Part shown: positions 51,753 to 63,674 of the stretch, piece after piece | How positions within the stretch are numbered: position 1 is the stretch's first letter | How the letters are laid out: each line of letters begins with the position of its first letter | DNA from: an uncultured Clostridia bacterium | Lineage (GTDB): Bacteria > Bacillota > Clostridia > TANB77 > CAG-508 | Length of the DNA stretch: 64,000 nucleotides | Assembly (NCBI GenBank): GCA_934183305.1 | Contig: CAKPSF010000002.1 | Span: 145,395-209,394 of the forward strand | Direction: 5' to 3' | Program-made: the position numbers and the translations under genes | Notes under the pieces: model-generated | Seen by the model: the letters and a program-made list of their open reading frames with translations, nothing else | Databases searched by the model: none | What the model was told of the DNA's origin: nothing

Positions 51753-52994
51753 TTATTGTGTTGGTTTTATTATTATTTCATCATATAATGCTATATTTTT
51801 CATATTTCTAATTTCTTCTGTCGAATACCCAAGTTCTTTTAATTCTAAGTTTGTATAATTTTCTATTATACTGTAATCTCCTGATGTTTTTAGTACTTTT
51901 ATTAAGATATTATCTGTATATCCTATTCTTTTTCTAACTATATATTTTTTGCCATCTTTTTCTATAATAGATGAATTTGGAACTTTTAGTCCAGTAGCTT
52001 TCCACCATATTATTTCAAAAGAAATCTTTCTATAATTAATAAGTTTTTCTACACAGTCTGTTATTTTGAAAATCACTAGTTTCTTTCCGCTATTCTGTTC
52101 TGCAGTATATTCGATTGTTGCTTTTATTTCATCGCCAGTAGACAGTAAAATCTGAACAGTATTATTAACTTCAGCATCTTTTGCTTGTTCAGAGCTTAAA
52201 ATAGTAGCAATGTAGCAATAATAATTATTAACTATTTTTCCACTTTCGTTGCTACTAGGAACCATTTGTCCTGTTTTGATTTTTAAGCTTGATAAATACT
52301 CTTCTGTTATATCTGAAAAACTATTTGGTGTAAGAGTTTCTTCAAGCCCATCAATTTTATATGATACAAGTCCACTTACAGTTGCTTCAATATATTCTGA
52401 ACCTGAATTTAATTGTTCTTCATATTTACTTCTTTTAGAAACCAATTCTTTTATATATGAACCTGCTGGGCTAGACTCTCCTGTTAGTTTGGCTTTCTTA
52501 GTAAGAGAATTACTTATTTCTTTTTTTATTTCTAATATGTCACTTTTCTTATTTAGCTTAGAAATATCCATCAACTTCTCTTCAATTTGTTTATCTATTG
52601 ATGCAATATCACTAGAATAAACAGTTTTGTTCTGATCTAATGCATCTTGGATTTGTAGGTCTAATTCAGCTATTTTCTTAGTTATATTTTCTTCATTATT
52701 TGTGTAATATCTAAATATTGGATCTCCTTTTGCAACTCTTTGTCCTTCTGTTTTTATTTGAGATATTCCATTTTTATAGTTATTACCTTGAAATACTTTT
52801 TCTTCTCTTATTAAATATCCTATACTTTCTTCAGTACATGAAATCTTTCCATTGTCAATCATAAAAGTATCTGTTGGGTTTAAAAATAAAGCTATAATAT
52901 TATAGGCAAAACATATTAAAAATACCAAAATAATAAATATTGCTACTAATAATTTAATATTTAATTTTATTTTTTGATTTTTTCCTCTAGCCAA
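51753..52994 (-). CDS. membrane-anchored HlyD/membrane-fusion-like protein
   Basis: TM anchor, a lipoyl-like KTEGQRVAKGDPIFRY hairpin and coiled coil. Probable TTG start at 52994, 7 nt after GGAGGAA. Confidence 0.55.
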   Translation of the reverse strand: MARGKNQKIKLNIKLLVAIFIILVFLICFAYNIIALFLNPTDTFMIDNGKISCTEESIGYLIREEKVFQGNNYKNGISQIKTEGQRVAKGDPIFRYYTNNEENITKKIAELDLQIQDALDQNKTVYSSDIASIDKQIEEKLMDISKLNKKSDILEIKKEISNSLTKKAKLTGESSPAGSYIKELVSKRSKYEEQLNSGSEYIEATVSGLVSYKIDGLEETLTPNSFSDITEEYLSSLKIKTGQMVPSSNESGKIVNNYYCYIATILSSEQAKDAEVNNTVQILLSTGDEIKATIEYTAEQNSGKKLVIFKITDCVEKLINYRKISFEIIWWKATGLKVPNSSIIEKDGKKYIVRKRIGYTDNILIKVLKTSGDYSIIENYTNLELKELGYSTEEIRNMKNIALYDEIIIKPTQ

Positions 52995-53913
52995 TATTTG
53001 ATTCCTCCATAATCTTTTCAATGTTGTCTTCTATATTTGCTTGTCCATTTATCCATATTGTTTGTTTATTTTTTCTAAACCAGGTAAATTGCCTTTTAGC
53101 ATATCTTCTTGATTCTTGCTTTATTTTTTCTATCATTTCGTCTTTAGAAAGTTCACAATCTAAATATTGTTTTACCTCTTTATATCCTAAACCTTGCATA
53201 GAAGTTGGAAACTCATTATATTTTTTTAGCAGATTCTTTACTTCGTCTATTAAGCCTTTTTCTATCATTATATCTACTCTTTTATTAATTCTTTCATAAA
53301 GCTTTTCTCTATCGTAATCTATTGCAAAAACTTTATAATCATAAGGTATTTCGTTAAGTCTAGATTCTGCCTCTTGTTGAGTTTTATTTTTTCCAGTTGC
53401 TTCATAGATTTCTAAAATTCTTGTTATTCTTTTATAATCATTTGGGCTAATTTTTTTCATAGCCTCTGGATCTATTTCTAAAGCTTTTCTATATAAAACT
53501 TCTAAGCCTTTTTCTTTCTTAATTTTTTCTAACTCTTTTCTATAGTTTTCATTTATTTTAATATCTTTATATTCTATCTCGTATATTAAAGCATCTATAT
53601 ATAGTCCAGTTCCTCCAACAACAATTGGGACTTTGCCTTTTTTTAATATTTCTTCAATAGCTGCTTTAGCATCTTTTTTATAATTTGCTACGCTATATCT
53701 TTCATCTGGAGAAACGCAGTCAATAAGATAATGCTTTATGCCATCTGCTTCTTCAGGAGTAACTTTGGCACTACCTATATCCATATCTTTATAAATTTGC
53801 ATTGAATCTGCTGAAACAATTTCACCATTAATTCTTTTTGCAAGTTCAATTGATAAAGCAGTTTTTCCAGACGCCGTGGGTCCACAAATTACAATAACTG
53901 TTGGTTTTTTCAT
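52987..53913 (-). CDS. miaA: tRNA dimethylallyltransferase
   Basis: VICGPTASGKTALSIELA...SADSMQIYKDMDIGSAK. ATG at 53913 with a GAGGAAA RBS. Confidence 0.95.
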   Translation of the reverse strand: MKKPTVIVICGPTASGKTALSIELAKRINGEIVSADSMQIYKDMDIGSAKVTPEEADGIKHYLIDCVSPDERYSVANYKKDAKAAIEEILKKGKVPIVVGGTGLYIDALIYEIEYKDIKINENYRKELEKIKKEKGLEVLYRKALEIDPEAMKKISPNDYKRITRILEIYEATGKNKTQQEAESRLNEIPYDYKVFAIDYDREKLYERINKRVDIMIEKGLIDEVKNLLKKYNEFPTSMQGLGYKEVKQYLDCELSKDEMIEKIKQESRRYAKRQFTWFRKNKQTIWINGQANIEDNIEKIMEESNIG

Positions 53914-53979
53914 AAAGATTTCCTCACTATTCAAATCTAATTTAAGTTTTCCAATGCAATACAAAGTTTTTCATCGCTC

Positions 53980-56139
53980 TTACTTTCTACGAGCGAACTT
54001 TTTCTCAATATCTTTCTTATCCATCTTAATTGCAGTTGGTCTTCCATGAGGGCAAGTAAATGGATTTGGCAATACTAATAGTTTGTCCATTAAACTTTCC
54101 ACCTCTTGTTTATCCAAAGACATTTTTGCTTTTACAGCTGCTTTGCATGCAACTGTTTCTATAAATCTTTCTTCTATTTCTTGTTTTGCAGTTCTTGCAA
54201 CAGTATTTATTTCATCAAGTGTTTCTAAAAATAATTCTTTTGTATCTAGGTCATAACATACTGTTGGAACTCCATTAAGTTTTATTGTGTTTTCGCCAAA
54301 TTCCTCAATGTCAAATCCTGCTTTTTCGAATATTTCCATATTATCTCTTGCTATATCCATTTCTTTATGTGTTAAAGTTATAACGTCTGGTAATAGCAAT
54401 AGTTGAGATTCTTTTTCATCTTTAGAATAATAATTCTTCTTTATTTTTTCATACATAATTCTTTCATGTGCTGCATGTTGGTCTATTATGTACATTTCAT
54501 CTTTTATTTCAATTATTATATAAGTTGAAAATGCAATTCCTATAAATTTATAATTTGGTTTTTGTTTATATTCTTCTAGTTCTTCAAACACAGAAACATT
54601 ATTGTCTTTTATTAAATCATAAGCATCAATTTCCTTTTTATCTTGTGCAATTTTTTCTTCTGTTGATGCTGGTATTTTACCAAAAGTTTTTTCATACATT
54701 GTGTCAAAGCTTTCTGCAACTTTTAAATTATCCAATTCACTCACTTTGTTGTTTACTGCAACATTATCTTGTACATTTAATTGCTCTGGTATATCTACTT
54801 CATCTTGTATGTTAGCCTTTATTTTTGCTAAGTCCACTAATATATTTCCTATTGAGGTTGTATCACTTTTTATCTGTTCTTGAGCAGATAAAGTTTTTAC
54901 ATTTTTATTTATATTCTCTTCTTCGTTTTTCAAATTTTCTTTTATTTCTTCTGTACTTACTACTTGAGTTTTTTCTAATTCTGCACTATTTTTTGCATTG
55001 TACATTTCTTCTATTATATTTGGTTTTATTTCTGTTTTTAAAGGTTCATTTTCTTTTCTGTTAAACAAATTACTAAATACATTATTCTTTTTTATTTCTT
55101 CAACAGCATCTTTATTATCTTCTATTTCTCTTTCTGGCGAAGAAACAAGCTCTGCTTTTAATAATGTTTCTTGTATAGCATGATACACACATTTAAATAT
55201 ATTATTTTCTTCTGCAAACCTTACCTCTAGCTTCGCTGGATGTACATTAACATCAACTTTTGCTGGATTCATTTCTATATTTAAAACTACGAATCCATAT
55301 TTTCCTATTGGTATCATTCCTTTAAAAGCTTTTTCTGTAGCTCCTGTTAAAACTTTATCTTTTATATATCTTTTATTTACAAAAAACATTTGATTACTTC
55401 TGTTGCTTCTTGCAATTTCAGGTTTACCAACTACACCTGTTATACGAATATCTTCAAATTTATAATCCACATCAAGCACACTGCTTGCAATATCTTTTCC
55501 ATAAATTGAATAGATTACATCTTGTAAATTTCCATTACCACTCGTTTGAATTACTGTTTTTCCTGTGTTTACTAATTTAATTGCAATGTCTGGGTTTACT
55601 AATGCTATTCTTGTTATAACATCTTCTATATATCCAGCTTCCGTGAAATCTTTTCTTAAGAATTTATATCTAACTGGTGTGTTAAAAAATAGATTTTTTA
55701 CAGTTATACTCGTTCCAACAGGGCAACCTGTTTCATTGAATTCTAATACCTTTCCTGCTTCTACAACTATTCTATTTCCTACTTGTTCATCTTTATATTT
55801 TGAAACCATTTCTACATTTGCAATAGCTGCAATACTAGCTAAGGCCTCACCTCTGAACCCCATAGACTTTATTGTATCTAAGTCACTTGCTTCTCTTATT
55901 TTACTTGTTGCGTGTCTTTCAAATGCTATTTCCATATCATCTTTTTGTATACCTTTTCCATTATCAGATACACGAATATATGATATTCCACCATTTTTTA
56001 TTTCTACATTTATATTTGTAGCTCCTGCATCTATTGAATTTTCAACCATTTCTTTTATTACAGATGCTGGTCTTTCTATAACTTCACCGGCTGCTATTTT
56101 ATTTATTGTTAAATCATCTAATAAAACTATATTTCCCAT
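53980..56139 (-). CDS. mutL: DNA mismatch repair protein MutL
   Basis: INKIAAGEVIERPASVIKEMVENSIDAGA GHKL N-terminus. C-terminal ...CPHGRPT. 719 aa. Confidence 0.95.
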   Translation of the reverse strand: MGNIVLLDDLTINKIAAGEVIERPASVIKEMVENSIDAGATNINVEIKNGGISYIRVSDNGKGIQKDDMEIAFERHATSKIREASDLDTIKSMGFRGEALASIAAIANVEMVSKYKDEQVGNRIVVEAGKVLEFNETGCPVGTSITVKNLFFNTPVRYKFLRKDFTEAGYIEDVITRIALVNPDIAIKLVNTGKTVIQTSGNGNLQDVIYSIYGKDIASSVLDVDYKFEDIRITGVVGKPEIARSNRSNQMFFVNKRYIKDKVLTGATEKAFKGMIPIGKYGFVVLNIEMNPAKVDVNVHPAKLEVRFAEENNIFKCVYHAIQETLLKAELVSSPEREIEDNKDAVEEIKKNNVFSNLFNRKENEPLKTEIKPNIIEEMYNAKNSAELEKTQVVSTEEIKENLKNEEENINKNVKTLSAQEQIKSDTTSIGNILVDLAKIKANIQDEVDIPEQLNVQDNVAVNNKVSELDNLKVAESFDTMYEKTFGKIPASTEEKIAQDKKEIDAYDLIKDNNVSVFEELEEYKQKPNYKFIGIAFSTYIIIEIKDEMYIIDQHAAHERIMYEKIKKNYYSKDEKESQLLLLPDVITLTHKEMDIARDNMEIFEKAGFDIEEFGENTIKLNGVPTVCYDLDTKELFLETLDEINTVARTAKQEIEERFIETVACKAAVKAKMSLDKQEVESLMDKLLVLPNPFTCPHGRPTAIKMDKKDIEKKFARRK

Positions 56140-56328
56140 ATTTTTCTCCCTTGTTTATATCTAAATTATTCTAGTCGAATTATATCATTTAATTAATAAT
56201 TTGTGTACCCATTTTCCAAAGAATTTACAATTTGTTTTGTGTAACCATTTTTTTATATCTTGAATACTATATATCATATACAAAAGAACAAAGATTTTAA
56301 GAAATTTCACATAGGGAGGTCTGCTAAT

Positions 56329-56433
56329 ATGGGAAATTGTTGTGGCTGTAATAGTGAATTTTTATGGTTCATTATACTTTTCATACTACTTTTCTGTTGC
56401 GGATGTGGCAATAGATGTTGCTGTAATAACTAA
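56329..56433 (+). CDS. 34-aa tiny Cys/Gly-rich transmembrane protein (YjcZ-like sporulation family?)
   Basis: GGGAGG RBS. MGNCCGCNSEFLWFIILFILLFCCGCGNRCCCNN. Confidence 0.6.
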   Translation: MGNCCGCNSEFLWFIILFILLFCCGCGNRCCCNN

Positions 56434-56485
56434 TTGCCCTAGACAAGAAAAATGTACATTTTTAAGTTGAAAGGGGGGAATTTAG

Positions 56486-56611
56486 ATGCCTGAAAACAGA
56501 GGATGCGGATGTGGCGGTTTCGGTTTTGGTGGAGATTGCTGCTGGATAATCATATTAATAATAATACTTTTCTGCTGCTGCGGATGTGGTAACAACGGTT
56601 GCGGTTGCTAG
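56486..56611 (+). CDS. 41-aa tiny Cys/Gly-rich transmembrane protein (paralog)
   Basis: AAAGGGGGG RBS. MPENRGCGCGGFGFGGDCCWIIILIIILFCCCGCGNNGCGC. Confidence 0.6.
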   Translation: MPENRGCGCGGFGFGGDCCWIIILIIILFCCCGCGNNGCGC

Positions 56612-56626
56612 TATTTAAACACATAA

Positions 56627-56660
56627 AAAATCCTGACCTAAATAAATAAGTCAGGATTTT
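56627..56660. terminator. bidirectional terminator
   Basis: AAAATCCTGAC-(12 nt)-GTCAGGATTTT between convergent genes. Confidence 0.85.
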
Positions 56661-56663
56661 GCT

Positions 56664-58556
56664 TTATTTTATATCTTTATATTTTCCATATTTAACTTTT
56701 GAAATTATTGCAACAACTAATATTGCTATTCCAATTATTGACATGAACGCAATACCCGTTTGTGGTAATTTGCTATCGTTTTTAATTGTGGTATCATCGT
56801 CTTTATCTGTTGTTTTATCAATTTCGTCTGACGCATTGGTTGATTTTCCACTTCCATCCATTGTGTAAACTTCTGCCTCATATACTGTTTTAGTATCCAT
56901 TACTAGTTTTCCCCATAACGCAAATTTCTTTGTTCCTGTAAACTCAGATAAGTCTTTTTCAAATTTTCCATCTGTTGTTTCTATCCAATTTGCATCATTA
57001 TATTGTGGCAATATTTGTTTATATCTTGTTAAAAATTCAGCATATGTTATTTCTGAATTTTGATATTCTTCTTTTAGTGCTGTTAATTGGCTATATTGTT
57101 CATCAGTTACTTCTACAAATTGATAGTATAGTTGATAACTTCCATTATAGTTCTTTACAGTTATACTTGATTTTCCATTAAATATTATAAATGGGAAAGA
57201 TAAGTATTGTGTTGTGTCTTCGTTTTGTTTGTCATCTACGTTTGCACTTGTTCCATTTGCATAGGCATATGCCTCACTAAGATATTGTACATATAATGTT
57301 TTACAACTTAATTCTGCTTTATTTCCTGCGTTATCTGTAATATTTCCGCCCTCATAGCTCACAGAAGTAATAGCTCCAACATCTCCTTTTTGTATTGTAT
57401 AATCATATACAATATCTTTTCCAGAAACTGCTCCACTTTTTATTGTTCTTTCTTCTCCATCTCCACATTTTATTTTTAATGTAGGAGCTGTTCCTTTTAT
57501 ATCTTCACTAAACGTTACTATTATTTGTATTTTTCCACCTGTTGGTATGCTATATTTATTAGTTGTTTTATCCCAATAATTTAAAACACTACTATATTTT
57601 ATTACCATTGATTCTACTTTAGGAGCTGTTATATCTGTTCCACTACTTGCTTTATTCCAGTTAGCTATATAATCAAATTTAATTTTATTATCTTCTGCAT
57701 ATTGTTTTGATACTTGACCATCATTACCGTAAATGGTTAATTTAGGGCACTCCCAAAAAACTCCCGCTTCTATTGTTGCTACTGTGTCAGGTATAAGAAT
57801 TTTTGTTAGATTACTGCATCCTCTAAAAGCCCCATCTATTGAATAACTTGCTTTTAGAGTTGTAACCGTTTTCGGCAATTTAACACTTGTTAGTCCTGTG
57901 CAATCTTTAAATGTGCTATCATTAATAATAGAAATATTATTAGATAATGTTAGCGTAGTAACTCCTGAACATCCTGCAAAAGCATAGCTTCCAATACTTG
58001 TAACATTATTTGGTATTATTAATTGTTTTAAACCTGTGCATTTTTGAAAAGCGCCAGATCCTATGCTTGTTACTCCTGTTCCTATTGAAAGCGTAGTAAC
58101 TCCTGAACATCCTGCAAAAGCATAGTTTCCAATGCTTGTAACATTATTTGGAATTGTAATATCTTTTAATCCTTTGCAATTATCAAAGGCACTGTTACCA
58201 ATTTCTTTAATTGTATTTGGAATTGTAACTCCTTGTAATCCATAACATGCTTCAAATGTTCCTTCACCATAATATTTATTAGTATGGTCATAACTAACTG
58301 CTCCTAGTTTTTTTACTGTATATCCATCTATGGTTGATGGTATTGATAAAGTACCTGTAATATCTGCCTTATTAGAACACATTAAAGTTACTATTTCATT
58401 ATTGCTGTCTAATTCATATTCCCATTTCACATCAACTCCTGTTGAGGTCTTTGTGGTTTCTGTTGCTTGAGTTGCTTTTGCATTTACAATACTTGGAATT
58501 AGAAGTAATGCGGTTACTACAATAAGCATTAATAAAATTCTTTTGTTTTTTAACAT
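56664..58556 (-). CDS. LPXTG-anchored surface protein with BspA-type leucine-rich repeats
   Basis: Signal peptide. Repeats IPNNVTSIG(N/S)YAFAGCSGVTTL. C-terminal LPQTG + TM + KYGKYKDIK. A 62-nt internal DNA repeat at 57952-58013 and 58090-58151. Confidence 0.85.
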   Translation of the reverse strand: MLKNKRILLMLIVVTALLLIPSIVNAKATQATETTKTSTGVDVKWEYELDSNNEIVTLMCSNKADITGTLSIPSTIDGYTVKKLGAVSYDHTNKYYGEGTFEACYGLQGVTIPNTIKEIGNSAFDNCKGLKDITIPNNVTSIGNYAFAGCSGVTTLSIGTGVTSIGSGAFQKCTGLKQLIIPNNVTSIGSYAFAGCSGVTTLTLSNNISIINDSTFKDCTGLTSVKLPKTVTTLKASYSIDGAFRGCSNLTKILIPDTVATIEAGVFWECPKLTIYGNDGQVSKQYAEDNKIKFDYIANWNKASSGTDITAPKVESMVIKYSSVLNYWDKTTNKYSIPTGGKIQIIVTFSEDIKGTAPTLKIKCGDGEERTIKSGAVSGKDIVYDYTIQKGDVGAITSVSYEGGNITDNAGNKAELSCKTLYVQYLSEAYAYANGTSANVDDKQNEDTTQYLSFPFIIFNGKSSITVKNYNGSYQLYYQFVEVTDEQYSQLTALKEEYQNSEITYAEFLTRYKQILPQYNDANWIETTDGKFEKDLSEFTGTKKFALWGKLVMDTKTVYEAEVYTMDGSGKSTNASDEIDKTTDKDDDTTIKNDSKLPQTGIAFMSIIGIAILVVAIISKVKYGKYKDIK

Positions 58557-58589
58557 TTTTATCTATCTCCTTTTATATTTTTCAACTAT

Positions 58590-58618
58590 ATTTTATATAA
58601 AGTGATTTTTTTTGTCAA
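58590..58618 (-). promoter_or_regulatory. promoter (TTGACA-17-TAAAAT)
   Basis: rc of 58613-58618 is TTGACA and rc of 58590-58595 is TAAAAT. Confidence 0.65.
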
Positions 58619-58654
58619 TAAATTTACTGTCTTTTAATATTACATTTGTATTAC

Positions 58655-58694
58655 AAAAAAGTCTGAAGTGAGTTTTTTCACTTCAGACTTTTTA
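58655..58694 (-). terminator. terminator after groEL
   Basis: AGTCTGAAGTGA / TCACTTCAGACT 12-bp stem flanked by A/T runs. Confidence 0.9.
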
Positions 58695-58700
58695 TATTTT

Positions 58701-60369
<1,669 letters not shown>

Positions 60370-60390
60370 TGAATTTCAGTGAATAATTAA

Positions 60391-60684
<294 letters not shown>

Positions 60685-60695
60685 TTAAAATAGTT

Positions 60696-60722
60696 TTAGC
60701 AGTCTTTTTTATTGACTGCTAA
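60696..60722 (-). promoter_or_regulatory. CIRCE operator (HrcA binding site)
   Basis: TTAGCAGTC-N9-GACTGCTAA, versus the consensus TTAGCACTC-N9-GAGTGCTAA. Confidence 0.85.
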
Positions 60723-60723
60723 A

Positions 60724-60752
60724 ATTGTATATCTTTTATTAATATAAGTCAA
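60724..60752 (-). promoter_or_regulatory. groESL promoter (TTGACT-17-TACAAT)
   Basis: rc of 60747-60752 is TTGACT and rc of 60724-60729 is TACAAT. Abuts CIRCE. Confidence 0.7.
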
Positions 60753-60866
60753 TATATATTTTTCATATTTCACACACTTTTCACATTTATATATATTAAA
60801 TTATATGCTTTCAGAAATTAGTTTAGAACAAAAATAGATATGCAAAATCACATATCTATTCTCACA

Positions 60867-62468
60867 CTAATTATCTTTTTTTGCTGCTTTAACCAATCCT
60901 ACAAATAATGGTGATGGTCTATCCGGTCTAGATTTAAATTCTGGATGGAATTGTCCTGCTATAAAATATTTATGTGTAGGTATTTCTACTATTTCTACAA
61001 GTCTTCCATCTGGTGATGTTCCTGAACATATTAGTCCTGCTTTTTCTAGTTTTTCTTTGTAGTCGTTGTTATATTCAAATCTATGTCTATGTCTTTCAGA
61101 TATTTCTTTGGTTCCATATAGTTTATATGCTAAACTATCTTTTTTTAATATACATGGATATTTTCCAAGTCTCATTGTTCCACCTTTTTTGTCTACTGTT
61201 TTTTGGTCATCCATTATATGTATTACCTGATTTTTGCACTTGGTATCAAATTCTTCTGAATTTGCATCTTTAAGTCCTAAAACATTTCTTGCAAATTCTA
61301 CTACTGCCATTTGCATTCCTAAACATATTCCCAAAAATGGTACATTATTTGTTCTTGCATATTCTACTGTATTTATTTTTCCTTCTATACCTCTATTTCC
61401 AAATCCACCTGGAACTACTATTCCATCTAATTCTCCAAGTAATCTTTGTGCATTTTCTCTTGTAATTGTTTCACAGTCTATGTACTCAACGTTTACTTTT
61501 ACATTATTAGCAAATCCAGCATGGTGTAAACTTTCTGTTACTGATAAATATGAATCTTCTAGTCTTACATATTTTCCAACTATACCAATTGTTACTTCTC
61601 CATCTTTAACTTTTCTAATGTTTCCTATCATCTCATCCCATTTTTCGTTATGAGGTTCAATATTAGAAAGTTTTAAATGTTTACATACTTGTCTTGCTAG
61701 TCCTTGATTTTCAAGCATTAATGGTACTGCATATAAATTATCTGCGGTTAAGTTTGCTATAACATTTTCTTTTTTTACATTACAAAACAATGATAGTTTC
61801 TCTTTTATTTCTTCTGGTATTGTTACATCGCTTCTACATACTAATATATCTGGTTTAATTCCTAAAGATTGCAACTCTTTTACAGAGTGTTGAGTTGGTT
61901 TTGATTTTATTTCATTTGAGCCAGTTATATATGGAAGTAAAGTTACATGTATATACATTACATCTTCTGCATCTTTTTCTATTCCAACCTGACGTATTGC
62001 TTCTAAAAAAGCTAAACTCTCTATGTCTCCAACTGTTCCGCCAAGCTCTGTTATTACAATATCTATATCTTCGTCTTCAAAACTATATATGTTTTGTTTA
62101 ATTTCGTTTGTTATATGAGGAATTACTTGAACTGTTTTTCCTAGGTAATCTCCTCTTCTTTCTTTATTTATAACATTTTGATAGATTTTTCCAGATGTAA
62201 CACTAGAATTTTTAGTTAAGTTTTCATCTATAAATCTTTCATAATGTCCCAAATCTAAATCCGTTTCTGCTCCATCATCTGTAACAAAAACCTCACCATG
62301 TTCATATGGACTCATTGTTCCTGGATCTACATTTATATAAGGATCAAATTTTTGTATTGTTACTTTATATCCTCTATTTTTTAATAATCTTCCTAATGAT
62401 GCAGCAGTTATTCCTTTTCCAAGTCCTGATACTACTCCACCTGTTATAAATATGTATTTTGTATTCAT
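60867..62468 (-). CDS. pyrG: CTP synthase
   Basis: [17 protein letters not shown] and the GATase GICLGMQ. 533 aa. Confidence 0.97.
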   Translation of the reverse strand: MNTKYIFITGGVVSGLGKGITAASLGRLLKNRGYKVTIQKFDPYINVDPGTMSPYEHGEVFVTDDGAETDLDLGHYERFIDENLTKNSSVTSGKIYQNVINKERRGDYLGKTVQVIPHITNEIKQNIYSFEDEDIDIVITELGGTVGDIESLAFLEAIRQVGIEKDAEDVMYIHVTLLPYITGSNEIKSKPTQHSVKELQSLGIKPDILVCRSDVTIPEEIKEKLSLFCNVKKENVIANLTADNLYAVPLMLENQGLARQVCKHLKLSNIEPHNEKWDEMIGNIRKVKDGEVTIGIVGKYVRLEDSYLSVTESLHHAGFANNVKVNVEYIDCETITRENAQRLLGELDGIVVPGGFGNRGIEGKINTVEYARTNNVPFLGICLGMQMAVVEFARNVLGLKDANSEEFDTKCKNQVIHIMDDQKTVDKKGGTMRLGKYPCILKKDSLAYKLYGTKEISERHRHRFEYNNDYKEKLEKAGLICSGTSPDGRLVEIVEIPTHKYFIAGQFHPEFKSRPDRPSPLFVGLVKAAKKDN

Positions 62469-62556
62469 AAACTCCTCCTAAATAAGAACAGTGGCTTTGC
62501 CACATGTGTGTTTTGCTTTGCAAATATGCACAGTTCAATGTAACTTAACCTTATTA

Positions 62557-62611
62557 AATAAAAAATAGATTTAAAAAATACTTTCCGAAAAACGGGGTTT
62601 TTTTTAAATCT
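62557..62611 (-). terminator. hairpin + U-run in the pyrG upstream region (attenuator or terminator of the upstream gene)
   Basis: AGATTTAAAAAA...TTTTTTAAATCT 12-bp outer stem with an inner CCG/CGG pairing, then ATTTTTTATTT. A TTGCAA-17-TATTAT promoter-like pair at 62620-62648 sits immediately upstream. Confidence 0.55.
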
Positions 62612-62670
62612 ATATCATTATAATAACATTTTATTTTGGGCTTTGCAATATCTTTTAAAAAAATATTAAA

Positions 62671-63549
62671 TTATCTTTCATGATCTTCTTCAGCTTTGAC
62701 TTCTTTAAGTTCATCTCCATCAACTTCTAAATCTTTTTTTTCCGAAAATTTTCTTGCTTTCATTAATGTTTTTATTAAATCTCTTCTACTCCTAGCACTT
62801 GTAGCCTCTTCAATTATCGATGTTATTCCTTTACTTTTCAAAGTATTTCCTATATTAATTGGTGAGCGTAAATCTTGTTCGGCCTTATAAGTAACATCTC
62901 CAGCAATTACTTCTGTTCTTATTAGTTCTGAATCAGGATGAGAATGCCATAATTTTATGTGCTCTTTACTTTCTTGGGTAGCATCTGAAACTTCTTGTTT
63001 TAATATATCAATAATCTCATCTTGTATCTCATCATCTGTTAATTCTTGCACCTCTTTAGCAACATTTTCGTACTCTATATTTTTATCTATTATATGTGCG
63101 AATTCGCCTATTGAACCCGCAATTAGTATGGCAAATAACATAGCTTTAAGTCTTGTTCTCTTTTTTCCGCTATATTTTTTAGGCATTTTTTTCTTTTGCC
63201 TTGATGGATTAGGTCTCCTGATTTCTTTCTTTTCTATTGCGTGATGTTCTTGGTGTGGACTTTTTCTATTAGGATTAACATAATGAACATTATTGTTGTT
63301 TTTTCTTCTTTGAGCAAATATTTTGTCAACGGCTTCTTCTGTTTCTTTATTGTATTGTTCTTCTCTAGCCTTTTTTTCTTTTAACATATCTTGAATTTTT
63401 TCATTATACTGTTCATATAAGTCTTCTGGCAAATAATAATGATTTTTTCCTTTATACACTCTTGCCTTAATATCTTTATTTTTACTTTTTCGTACTACTA
63501 TTTTTTCTTGAGTACCTTTTTCCACAAAATATTCCAATTCATCTTTCAT
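62671..63549 (-). CDS. Lys/Glu-rich protein with one central TM helix, hypothetical
   Basis: 292-aa ORF with AAAGGAG RBS. Confidence 0.7.
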   Translation of the reverse strand: MKDELEYFVEKGTQEKIVVRKSKNKDIKARVYKGKNHYYLPEDLYEQYNEKIQDMLKEKKAREEQYNKETEEAVDKIFAQRRKNNNNVHYVNPNRKSPHQEHHAIEKKEIRRPNPSRQKKKMPKKYSGKKRTRLKAMLFAILIAGSIGEFAHIIDKNIEYENVAKEVQELTDDEIQDEIIDILKQEVSDATQESKEHIKLWHSHPDSELIRTEVIAGDVTYKAEQDLRSPINIGNTLKSKGITSIIEEATSARSRRDLIKTLMKARKFSEKKDLEVDGDELKEVKAEEDHER

Positions 63550-63674
63550 AATAAATATCTCCTTTTTTATTATAAATTTATTATATCAAAACAAAAAAAT
63601 AAATGCAACATGTTCATTTTTTTATTTATATTCATATAATATTTATAGTAAAATTATAATTTATGGAGGTTTTT

